A stretch of DNA of 64,000 nucleotides from Vulcanimicrobiota bacterium (GTDB lineage: Bacteria; Vulcanimicrobiota; Vulcanimicrobiia; Vulcanimicrobiales; Vulcanimicrobiaceae), in the NCBI GenBank assembly GCA_963723515.1, contig CAVRQT010000002.1, positions 352,001 to 416,000 on the forward strand, read 5' to 3'. Position 1 is the stretch's first letter. Every line of letters starts with the position of its first letter. Below, piece after piece: positions 20,279-29,375 of the stretch. A program made the position numbers and the translations under genes. The notes under the pieces were generated by a model. That model did not search any database and was not told the origin of the DNA. It worked only from the letters and a program-made list of their open reading frames with translations.

Positions 20279-21274
20279 TTAGCGCGCGGATAGAATCGCG
20301 CGGCCGATGCGGTAGAACGCCCATCCGAACGCAGCGACGATAACCAAGAATACGGCCAGATCCAAGAGTCCTGAGGATCCCGCTACGCGATCGCCGCAGA
20401 TGGCAACGGCGACACGCGAGAGCGCAAGATCGAGGCGCGCAATTGGGTTGCTGGCGTGCCGATCGATCGCGTTGACTTGCGCAACGATTCCCGCCGGCGA
20501 CCAGCTGGGACCGTCGATCAGGTAGCTGATCCTTCCGGCGCGATCGATGATCGCTGTGCGCTCGCCATGGATGACGTCGCCGGGCGTATCCGGGAATGGC
20601 TGGACACCGAAGCGAGCCTCAAAATCGAAGACTTGATCGGGATCACCCGTGCCGAATGTCCAGCGCGCCGGTTGCGCGCTGAAGAGACGCGCATAGTGCG
20701 CAAGGACCGGCGGTGTATCGTGCTCTGGGTCGACCGAAATTTCGACCAAGTGCGTGTCGCCGGTTGCGAATGCTGTTTGCATCTGCGCGAACTTGGCGGA
20801 GATCAGCGGACATTCGTCGCGGCAACGCGTGTAGATGAATGCGAGCACGACGTTCCGGCCCAAAAAGCTCGCAAAGGAAAACATGCGGCCGTCTTGGTCG
20901 ACAAAGCGCGTCTGCGGCACGCGATCGCCTTCTTGCAAGATCGGCACGCGGCGGATCGCTTTAAATTGCTCGGCGACCGGTTCATGCGCGCTGACGTGCA
21001 CATGTGAGATCGTCCACGGCTGCGTCGAGCGCGTCAGGTCGGCCGAGATCGTGTCCCCGATCCGAAGCGTCGAGATTGCCGATTTCGGTGACACGGAGAA
21101 GACCATCGTCATCCCCGGCATGCCGCCGAACGCGTCGTGCCGAATCACAACCTCTCCACGGGCCGCTAGCAAACTCAAGACGATGCCGCTCAAACGCTCT
21201 GCAGAAAGAGCGGCACGCGTTGAGCTAAGCACGATCGTGGCAATAAGCAAAAGAAGAACGATGAAGGTCCGCAG
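20279..21274 (-). CDS. SCO-family copper chaperone with N-terminal CusF-like copper-binding domain; start uncertain
   Basis: IRHDAFGGMPGMTMVF (CusF-like His/Met/Met), YTRCRDECP (CxxxC), VIHGERT; C-terminal transmembrane helix. Confidence 0.85.
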   Translation of the reverse strand: MRTFIVLLLLIATIVLSSTRAALSAERLSGIVLSLLAARGEVVIRHDAFGGMPGMTMVFSVSPKSAISTLRIGDTISADLTRSTQPWTISHVHVSAHEPVAEQFKAIRRVPILQEGDRVPQTRFVDQDGRMFSFASFLGRNVVLAFIYTRCRDECPLISAKFAQMQTAFATGDTHLVEISVDPEHDTPPVLAHYARLFSAQPARWTFGTGDPDQVFDFEARFGVQPFPDTPGDVIHGERTAIIDRAGRISYLIDGPSWSPAGIVAQVNAIDRHASNPIARLDLALSRVAVAICGDRVAGSSGLLDLAVFLVIVAAFGWAFYRIGRAILSAR

Positions 21275-21841
21275 CTTCGATTCTCGCGCAGGTCTCGTGC
21301 AACGGCCATGGACGGCCGAGGAACGACGCGTCGTTTGGCGTGGACTGATGGGCCGTTTATCGATTGCGGCCGAGCCGCTCTTAGGAACGATCGTCTTTGC
21401 TTTCTTGACGTGGGGCATCATTTGGCGCGCCCAGCATACCGAGCAGTCGATCATCGTGATCGCGCCGGTCTTCGCAATTGGCGCAATTGCTTTCACGCTC
21501 TATGCTATCGCGCTGATGGTCGCGCCGCTACGAGCTTTCCAGCAGACGTTCAAACCGATCTACATCGTCGACGGCTACGTCCGCTATCGCGGTCCGGACG
21601 ATTTCTCGGAGATCGATTCGACCGGGTACGTTGCCGTGCTCTTCGAAGATCAGAGAGTTGCGTGCGAATGGGAAGCGTTCGGACAGAAGCACGTCTGCCG
21701 AACCGCACGATCCCCTCGCTGGCCGAATTCTCGCAATACGGAGGCATCCATACGATCGATGGCCGTCCGACGGGCGTCTTGCCGCTCGGCGGCAAGCCGC
21801 TCAACGTCGGCTTAGCGCCGCGCCGCGCCCGAATAGATTAA
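21261..21841 (+). CDS. Hypothetical membrane protein; frameshift near 21690
   Basis: MKVRSFDSRAG..., two transmembrane segments, C-terminus continues in a shifted frame. Confidence 0.6.
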
Positions 21842-22017
21842 CGAAGCGGCATGCGAAGCGTGCGTGCCGCCGGCCATTGGTGGCCGTAGCCGGCCATCTT
21901 TACCGTGAAGCCGCCGATGAAAAAGATCGCCAGTATTCCAATCGCCGTCGAAATCCGAACCGCCATCGGAACGCCGCGAGAGACCGGAACACCGCGTCTA
22001 TCGGTAATGTCGTACAT
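21838..22017 (-). CDS. 59-aa single-TM protein downstream of the cox operon (not in ORF track)
   Basis: Manual translation MYDITDRRGVPVSRGVPMAVRISTAIGILAIFFIGGFTVKMAGYGHQWPAARTLRMPLR; abuts the upstream stop. Confidence 0.6.
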   Translation of the reverse strand: MYDITDRRGVPVSRGVPMAVRISTAIGILAIFFIGGFTVKMAGYGHQWPAARTLRMPLR

Positions 22018-22218
22018 TTAAGGCGCCCTTCCTAAGACGCCGATCGCAGCAAAGAAAGCGAGCACCGCGCCAAACGCGAGCAGCGCCAGCATCCCTTTGA
22101 AGACCTGATTTTCCAGACCCGGCGTTCGCCAGTCGTTCCTCAGCGCCACACTCGCGGTTCCGGCAACCAATATCGCGCCGATCACCGAGGCCACTCTTTC
22201 CAACATCACGACATTCAT
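22018..22218 (-). CDS. Small two-TM membrane protein
   Basis: 66 aa with two hydrophobic helices. Confidence 0.65.
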   Translation of the reverse strand: MNVVMLERVASVIGAILVAGTASVALRNDWRTPGLENQVFKGMLALLAFGAVLAFFAAIGVLGRAP

Positions 22219-22235
22219 TTGCGGCGTCTCTTTCC

Positions 22236-22359
22236 GTGCATCGACTCAAGTCGTAGAGATTTGCACAAAATGTCGTCGATTCTTCGTCGCTGCTAAGTCG
22301 CTGCGTCGCGGAATGCGCTAGGAGAGCATGGCTGTAAAGCTATGACTGAGGCGATGCAC
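22236..22359 (+). ncRNA. Candidate structured RNA: 124-nt rod hairpin with central bubble (6S-like architecture)
   Basis: Pairs GTGCATCG/CGATGCAC, CTCA/TGAG, GTCGTAG/CTATGAC, TTTGCA/TGTAAA and an apical stem ATTCTTCG..CGCGGAAT; wobbles read as GU on the + strand. Confidence 0.35.
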
Positions 22360-22361
22360 TA

Positions 22362-22958
22362 TCACAGCAAGTAGAAGATCGAGAACAGCACGACCCAGAT
22401 CACGTCGACGAAGTGCCAGTAAATCGTGCCTGCCGTCAAGCCGAAGAACTTCTGCTGCGTGTATTTCCCCTGCACCGATTGAAGCAGCAGAATCGTCAAG
22501 AAAATGACGCCGCAGAAAACGTGGAAGCCGTGCATGCCGGTTAGCGTGAAGAACGACGCACCGAAAATGCCACTGTTCGCCCAGCCGGCATGGATATGCG
22601 CGTACTCGTAGCCTTGGCCGCACAAGAAACCAGATCCCGAGCACGATCGTTGCAATCAGCCAGCCCGTGTACTTCATGAACTTGCCGTGCTTCCAATTCT
22701 CGAGCGCAAAATGCATCGTTGCGCCGGATCCGAAGAGCACGACGGAATTCAGCGCGGCAAATGTCGTATCGAGCCGAGAGACTCCCGGCGGCGGCCAACC
22801 TTGTCCCGAACTGCGCAAATAGAGATAGGCGAAGATAAACGAGCTGAACAGCACGAGGTCGCTGACCATGAACAGCAGGAAGCCGCTGAGCCGTAGATCG
22901 CGCGTTTCAGCATACAGTTGATCCACGGGCTCAGCGTGCGTGCGCTGGCAAGAGCCAT
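22362..22958 (-). CDS. ctaE: Cytochrome c oxidase subunit III; frameshifted
   Basis: GFLLFMVSDLVLF, FFTLTGMHGFHV, YWHFVDVIW. Confidence 0.93.
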
Positions 22959-24645
22959 TAATGTGCTCCCGCCGGCACCGGCGCGGGAACGTTCGGATCG
23001 AGCTCGCCTTCTAACCCGCTATACGGAAGCGGTTCGGCGAAGTCGTACGGTCCGCTAAATACCGCCGGAATCTGCTTGAAGTTGTAATACGGCGGCGGCG
23101 ACGGCAATTTGCCATTCGAGCGTGCGCGCTCCCCACGGATTGTGGCCGGCGCGTTTGCCGTTCTTGATGCTCCACAGCGCGTTGATGAAGAAGATTAGGA
23201 TGCCGGCGGTCATCAAGAACGACGCGATAGACGCGAAGTAGTTCCAAAACAGGAACTGTGGATCGTACGTCGCGACGCGCCGCGGCATGCCGAGCAACCC
23301 CAGCCAATGCATCGGTAAAAACGTTGCGTTGAAACCGATGAAAAACAGCCAGAAGTGCACCTTCCCCCAGACCTCGTTCATCAGTCGCCCCGTCATCTTC
23401 GGGAACCAGAAGTACACGCCCGCGAAGATGCCCATCAAACTTCCGCCGACAAGCACGTAATGCAGATGCGCAACGATGAAGTACGTTCCGTGCGCGTGGA
23501 GATCGAACGGCACGGCCGCAAGGTAGACGCCGGTGAGCCCACCGATCGTGAACGTTGCGATGAAACCGATCGCGAACATCATCGATGTCGTGAAATGAAT
23601 CTTCCCGCCCCAGAGCGTCGCGACCCACGAGAAGATCTTGATGCCGGTCGGAATCGCAATGAAGAAGGTTAAAATCATGAACGGCAGCTGCAGCCACGGC
23701 GCTAATCCCGAGGTGAACATATGGTGCGCCCACACCATGAAGCTCAGCAGCGAGATCGCAACCGAGCTGAACGCAATCATCTTGTAACCGAAGATCGGCT
23801 TGCGCGCGAACGTCGGGAAGATCTCGGAGATCATGCCGAAGGCCGGTATGATCATGATGTACACCGCCGGGTGCGAGTAGAACCAGAACATGTGCTGCCA
23901 AAGCACGGGGCTGCCGCCCTTTGTCGGGTCGAAAAACGGAACGCCGAACTGCCGCTCGATGAAGAGTGCGGCGAGCGCTGCACCGAGCGCCGTCGTCGCG
24001 ATCATCAAGCAGCGGCGCCGTCGCGAGCTGGGCCCAAACAAACAGCGGCATGCGCGTGTAGGTCATGCCAGGCGCGCGCATCTTCAAAATCGTGACGAGG
24101 AAGTTCATGCCGGTCAGCGTCGAGCTGACGCCGACTAAGAAGATCGCCGCGCACCACATCGACGTTCCGGCGGCGCCTTGCAGCGACATCGGCGGATATT
24201 CGACCCATCCGGCCACGGGCGCGCCCATCAAAAACGATGCGTAGAGCAGCAAGCCGGCAGGCGGAAACATCCAGAAGGTCAGCATGTTGATCCAGGGAAA
24301 CGCGACGTCGCGTGCGCCGATCTGCAGCGGGAAAACGAAGTTTCCAAAGCCGCCCGTCAGCATCGGAATGATCACGAGCCACACCATCGTTGAACCGTGC
24401 ACGGAGTAGAGCTCATTGAACGTATCCGGTTTGACGATCGCGCCGGTCGGGCTCATCAATTGGACGCGGATCAGTTCCGCAAGCAGCCCACCCAGCACCA
24501 TGAACAAGAAGGCCGTGATGATGTACTGTATTCCGATGATCTTATGATCGATCGAGAAGATGTACTTGCGTATGAAGCCCTGCGGCTCGGGATGGACGTG
24601 CTCTGCGATTCCGCCCGCATGGACTGCTGCTGTAGCGACTGCCAT
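22958..24645 (-). CDS. ctaD: Cytochrome c oxidase subunit I, type A2; frameshifts near 24010 and 23100
   Basis: DHKIIG, VHGSTM, WFYSHPAVY, WAHHMF, VAHLHYV, GMPRR. Confidence 0.96.
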
Positions 24646-24678
24646 TCTAGTTCTCCGTTTGCTCCTCGTTTATTCCCG

Positions 24679-25789
24679 TTATTTTAAACTATTCAAATAG
24701 GCGACCAAATTCGCGATGTCCTTATCGCTGAGCGCATTTTGCATCGAGTTGGGCATATGGCCCATATCGCCGTCGAAACCGTTTTTGATGATCTTGGCAA
24801 CATTGTCCGCCGTCGCCTGCATCGCCGTCAACGAGTTTGGGATGCGCCGGATCGTGTAAGACTCCGCGCAATCCCGGACCGACCACACGCTGCGAGAACG
24901 GCCCGAGCGCATGACAGGCGGTGCACTTCTGTGAGAAGAGTTGCTGTCCGGCCGAAGCGACGCCGCCGCTCAAGTTGACCGGCGTCGTGGCGGCGGAAGC
25001 TGAGGGAATCGCATCGCTCGCGTGCGCGTTCTTCTTCTTCCAGCCGCCCAGCCAGGTGTTGAATTTGTCTTGCGGCTCGATGACGATCACTTGTTTCTGC
25101 ATCTCGCTGTGCAACGTTCCGCAGAATTCCGTGCAGATGATCTTGTAGCGGCCGGCGCGCGTCGGCGTGAAACGCAGCGTATTGATCAGGCCCGGCACCA
25201 TGTCTGCTTTGAGGCGCATTGCCGGCATCCAAAATGAGTGAATGACGTCTTGCGAGGTCGTATGCAGCGTTACCGGAACGCCGAGCGGCAGGTGCATCTC
25301 GTCCGTGACTACACCGTGGACGCCTGGATAACGAAAATCGTAGTACCACTGATGGCCGATCGCTTCGAGCACAAGGCCGCTGTTCGGCTGAATCTGCACT
25401 TCATACCAAATCCGGATGCTGAAGATCCCTAAGATGACGATGAAGATTGACGGGATAACGGTCCACCAGAATTCGAGTGGCCGATTGTCGTGGATCTGGA
25501 TGCCGACGGCATCGGGCGCATCGGTGGCGCGGTGACGAAACTTGATCGCGAAGTACAGCAGGTAGCCGACCACGATGATGAAGATCGCGGCAGCCGACGC
25601 GGTCAAGAATTTGAACAGCGCATCGATCTGATTTGCCGGAATAACGGCTTCGGGTAATTGCGGAATGTCTTGCACGCGCCAGAGAATCACGCCGACGACC
25701 GCGAGCGCGCTCAAGAGCACCAGAATCGCCGTGACGACCCAGAAACCCCGATCTAGGTGAACGACGGGATCTTTGTTCTCGACTGCCAA
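24679..25789 (-). CDS. ctaC: Cytochrome c oxidase subunit II with fused C-terminal cytochrome c (caa3 type); frameshift near 24820
   Basis: GHQWYY, DVIHSFW, CTEFCGTLHSEM (CuA), CTACH heme motif, distal GHMP. Confidence 0.95.
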
Positions 25790-25843
25790 GCGTTCTCTCC
25801 GTACCCCAAAAGGCGTTTGCCGCCACGAGCAGCTGCCTCGACG

Positions 25844-26542
25844 TTATTTGACCGCAGTACCATCCGTCCTGGTGCGCGTCTGCAACGCTGCGGCGAAGCG
25901 CGCCGTCACCCATGCGATGTTCGTAATTGCGGTTCCGACAACGATCGCATCGGCGCCGGCATGAGCGGCCGCAAGCGTCTCGGCCGCATCGTGCACGCCG
26001 CCTTCACACGTCACAAATTGCGCGAATTCCCGAAGCGCGCGGACAAGGCCAAGCGCCGGCAAAGCCGTGTCTGCTGTTTCGTTTGTATAGCCGCACAGCG
26101 TCGTGGCAATCACCGGAACGCCGAGCCGATGCGCCGCGAGCGCATCTTCTTGCGTCGAACAATCCGCCATCGGAATTGCATCGGAAGCATTGATGCGGTC
26201 GACGAGTTGCGCCGTTGTCGTCGCGTTCGGGCGCGCGCGCAACGTCGCATCGAACGCCACGACATCGGCTCCTGCGCCGAGCAGCTCATCAACCTCCGAG
26301 AGCGTCGGCGTAATGTACGGCTCGAAGCCGGCGTAGGATTTCTTGACCAAGCCGATCACCGGAAGCGCAACGCTCGCTTTCACGGCTTGCACGTTGCGCG
26401 CGCCCTCGATTCGCACGGCGACCGCACCGCCTTTTTCGGCCTCGCGCGCGAGTGCGGTGATCATCTCAGGCGGCGCGAGCGCGGAATCAGCCGACGCCTG
26501 CACCGAGACGATGAGGCCGCGCAGCGCTTCGAGTTTTCTCAC
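25844..26542 (-). CDS. nanE: N-acetylmannosamine-6-phosphate 2-epimerase
   Basis: GLIVSVQA, PVIGLVK, YITPT, MADCST, TTLCGYT, EGG, VVGTAIT. Confidence 0.92.
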   Translation of the reverse strand: MRKLEALRGLIVSVQASADSALAPPEMITALAREAEKGGAVAVRIEGARNVQAVKASVALPVIGLVKKSYAGFEPYITPTLSEVDELLGAGADVVAFDATLRARPNATTTAQLVDRINASDAIPMADCSTQEDALAAHRLGVPVIATTLCGYTNETADTALPALGLVRALREFAQFVTCEGGVHDAAETLAAAHAGADAIVVGTAITNIAWVTARFAAALQTRTRTDGTAVK

Positions 26543-27480
26543 TCGTGAACGCGCTGGACTCTCACCTTCGCGCGCCGATAGGCGAGCAGCAGCGCGCCAA
26601 CGGCGTTGTCGTAGCGCGGCGCGACAACCACCGCCTCCGGCAGCCGATCCTTTAACCGCGCGAAGACCGCGTCTTGAAAGAGTCGATCTTTGGTGAGCCC
26701 GCCCGTAAACGCAATCTGCACCGGGACTGGAAGCACGCGTTTGTTACCGTAGAGCCGTCGTGCGGTGAGGGCTGCAAGCGACGCGAGCGCGTCGGCCGCT
26801 TGATCGACGATGATGCGCGCATCCGCCACGCCGTCATGCGCCAATTGCATCGTTTTCGGGGCAAAGGATGCCACGGCGCTGCGCTGGATCTCGCCTGCAT
26901 AAACGGCTCGCGCGATCTCTCGTGCAGACTTCTTACCGAAGTGTTCGAGCAGCGGCTCGCGCAGCTGGCTTCGCAGTGCGGCGTCGGCATCGTGCATCAC
27001 CCGTTCTAAAGCGCGTCGTCCAATCCAGAAGCCGCTTCCCTGATCGCCGAAGAGATAACCCCAACCGCCGACCGTAACGGTCTCGCCTTCTTCGTTATCG
27101 CCGTAGGCTGACGTGCCGGTGCCGCACACGACGGTGACGCCATGTTTTCCGCCCAAGGCCCCGGCGTGCGCGATCGATGCGTCGTGGACAAGCGCGAAGT
27201 CGTCGGCTTTCAGCGAAGGCGTCTTGCCGTAGACGCGCCCTTCGTAACCGCTGATGCCGGCGACGACGCAGGCGAAATTCGCATTGGCATCGATGCGGCA
27301 ATCCTGCAATGCAGCGCTTAGCGCAGCGTGAATTGCATCGTGCAAGCGGTGTGACTGCGTACCTTGGCCGATTTCATCCGCGGGGCCGGCTTGACCGCGT
27401 CCTAAGATACGGCCGCGATCGTCGGCAACGACCGCTTGCGTTGCGCTTTGACCGCCGTCTAAGCCCGCGAACAGCTTCAT
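26539..27480 (-). CDS. BadF/BadG/BcrA/BcrD-family N-acetylhexosamine kinase
   Basis: GLDGGQSAT, CGTGT, VGGWGYLFGDQGSGFWIG. Confidence 0.88.
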   Translation of the reverse strand: MKLFAGLDGGQSATQAVVADDRGRILGRGQAGPADEIGQGTQSHRLHDAIHAALSAALQDCRIDANANFACVVAGISGYEGRVYGKTPSLKADDFALVHDASIAHAGALGGKHGVTVVCGTGTSAYGDNEEGETVTVGGWGYLFGDQGSGFWIGRRALERVMHDADAALRSQLREPLLEHFGKKSAREIARAVYAGEIQRSAVASFAPKTMQLAHDGVADARIIVDQAADALASLAALTARRLYGNKRVLPVPVQIAFTGGLTKDRLFQDAVFARLKDRLPEAVVVAPRYDNAVGALLLAYRRAKVRVQRVHE

Positions 27481-27785
27481 GCGAGCGATGCGATCAACGT
27501 CTGCGCGAATCGCTCGGCGCGCTGCTCGCGGGTACTTCGCGGTGAGCGATCGACGGTTGCGCGGTGTTCCAGATAATGGTAGAACTCGTGCGCGATAGCC
27601 CGTGCAACAAAAAGATCCGCTTCATCGGCGTGCATTGCGCGGATCAGGCTCGAATTGACGCGGATCGCCGGACCGGATGGATCGAACTCGGAGCGTAGTT
27701 CAAACCCGGAATACATTCCGAGATTCGTGAGAACGACGTTGACGCCGTGCGCTCGTGCAAGCGCGAAGAGCCGAGAAGCAATCAT
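27477..27785 (-). CDS. Small HEXXH protein (ImmA/IrrE-like metallopeptidase core)
   Basis: AIAHEFYHYLE...EQRAERFA; ATGA overlaps at both ends. Confidence 0.7.
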   Translation of the reverse strand: MIASRLFALARAHGVNVVLTNLGMYSGFELRSEFDPSGPAIRVNSSLIRAMHADEADLFVARAIAHEFYHYLEHRATVDRSPRSTREQRAERFAQTLIASLA

Positions 27786-29125
27786 CGTCGCAGATCAACG
27801 CCGTCGGCAATCAGCGTTTCACGCAACAGCCGCGGATCGACGTCGCGCACCTTCACTCCGCGTTCGTTCGCGAGCGCGGCCGCCGTTCCGGCCGCTTGCC
27901 CGAGCGTCATGACGGTCGGCGTCAATCGCGTTGAGGCAAGCGCTTCGTGCGTCGTCGAGATGCAACGCCCCGCGACGAGCAATCGATCGATTTCTTTGGG
28001 CACAAGACAGCGAAACGGAATCTCGTAACTCTTGCCTTCGGGCAGGCGTTGTGTCGTCGTGCCGCTCCCAGACGGATTGTGCACGTCGATCGGGTAGGCG
28101 CTGCGCGCTACGGCGTCTTCAAAATGACGTGCCTGCAAAACGTCGTCTCGCGTTAAGGTGTATTCTCCGACGATCCGGCGCGATTCACGAATCCCTATTT
28201 GCGTTGCGGTCGCCGAGATTCGCGCGTTTGCAAAGCCGGGCACACGCTTACGGAAGAAGTCCATCAACTGCATGGCCTGCATGCGGGCTTCAACTTCCGC
28301 GCGCGTCAGGTCGTTTGGATCGAGCGGATCGATGTTCGTGACGCGCGTCATGTTGACGGTCACTTCATCGTGATACGGAGTGGCGAAGAATGATACGAGC
28401 TCGCGCGGTATCGTGACCTCCCCTCTTTCGCGCGCCTCATTCCAGAGATCGTACAGTCCCGCGACGGCGGTCAACGCTTCCGGTGTCCGCTCTGCTATCG
28501 GCAGACTGGTGCGCACTTGATCGGAATGTGACCGAAGATATGCCGCCGTTCCGGCGAGGTCAACGTGACTAATTCGGAAGATCAGCGTCGCAGGCTGGAC
28601 GCGTCCGCGTGCGTCGCCTTGCTGGGTGGGCACGCCGGCGGACGCCGCGACATATGCGTCGGCGGTTGCATCGATCGTAACGCGCCCTTTGTACGTTTGC
28701 GCGCCGGCAACGGTCGCAAAAGTTGCGCCTTTGACCGCGTTATTCTGAACTTGTGCATCCAGAAAGTAGGCATGCAAGAGAAGACTGACGCCGGCTTCGC
28801 TCATCATTTCAAAGAGGAGCGCTTTATGGACTTCAGGATCGAAGGGCGTAATCGTTGCGACGTAGTCGGATGCGTCGTGAAGGTGTCCCGGTGAAGCGCC
28901 TTTCGCAACGAGCCGGTCGACGATCTCTTGTGCGATGCCACCCACGATGCGGCCGGTCGAAGAATGAAACGTCATCCAAGGGCCAACCATCGACGCGGTC
29001 GCCGTGCCGCCGAGAAACCCGTACCGCTCGACGAGCAACGTGCGCGCTCCATGTCGCGCCGCCGCAAGCGCCGCCGCGCAGCCGGCGTTTCCGCCGCCAA
29101 TGACGAGCGCGTCATACTGCATCAC
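27782..29125 (-). CDS. FAD-dependent oxidoreductase (FAD_oxidored type)
   Basis: VIGGGNAG, GFLGGTAT, IDATAD, GIRESRRIVG, LVAGRCIS, GQAAG. Confidence 0.9.
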   Translation of the reverse strand: MMQYDALVIGGGNAGCAAALAAARHGARTLLVERYGFLGGTATASMVGPWMTFHSSTGRIVGGIAQEIVDRLVAKGASPGHLHDASDYVATITPFDPEVHKALLFEMMSEAGVSLLLHAYFLDAQVQNNAVKGATFATVAGAQTYKGRVTIDATADAYVAASAGVPTQQGDARGRVQPATLIFRISHVDLAGTAAYLRSHSDQVRTSLPIAERTPEALTAVAGLYDLWNEARERGEVTIPRELVSFFATPYHDEVTVNMTRVTNIDPLDPNDLTRAEVEARMQAMQLMDFFRKRVPGFANARISATATQIGIRESRRIVGEYTLTRDDVLQARHFEDAVARSAYPIDVHNPSGSGTTTQRLPEGKSYEIPFRCLVPKEIDRLLVAGRCISTTHEALASTRLTPTVMTLGQAAGTAAALANERGVKVRDVDPRLLRETLIADGVDLRR

Positions 29126-29184
29126 CTAAGGCATCTTCTTGTTATCGCGAGGACTCTCCGGCGGCACACGCGCACGCTACACGC

Positions 29185-29373
29185 ATGAAACTGTTCTTCG
29201 AGGTCGTCATCGCAATTGTTCTGCACCCGGTTGCGATGATCTTGATGTGGATCAACTTGCTTTCGCGCAACGATCTGGATCCAACACGCAAAGTAATCTG
29301 GTTCATCGTCAGCATCATTTGGGGACTCGGACCGATCTTGTATCTCTTGGTCGAAGACGGCAACCTCTGGTAA
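29185..29373 (+). CDS. Small PLDc-N-like membrane protein
   Basis: RKVIWFIVSIIWGLGPILYLL. Confidence 0.65.
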   Translation: MKLFFEVVIAIVLHPVAMILMWINLLSRNDLDPTRKVIWFIVSIIWGLGPILYLLVEDGNLW

Positions 29374-29375
29374 CT

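Noticed and set aside
25844..27480. Canonical sialic acid (nan) operon
   Set aside because: No nanA lyase or sialidase is in the window; only nanE and a BadF-type kinase are present.
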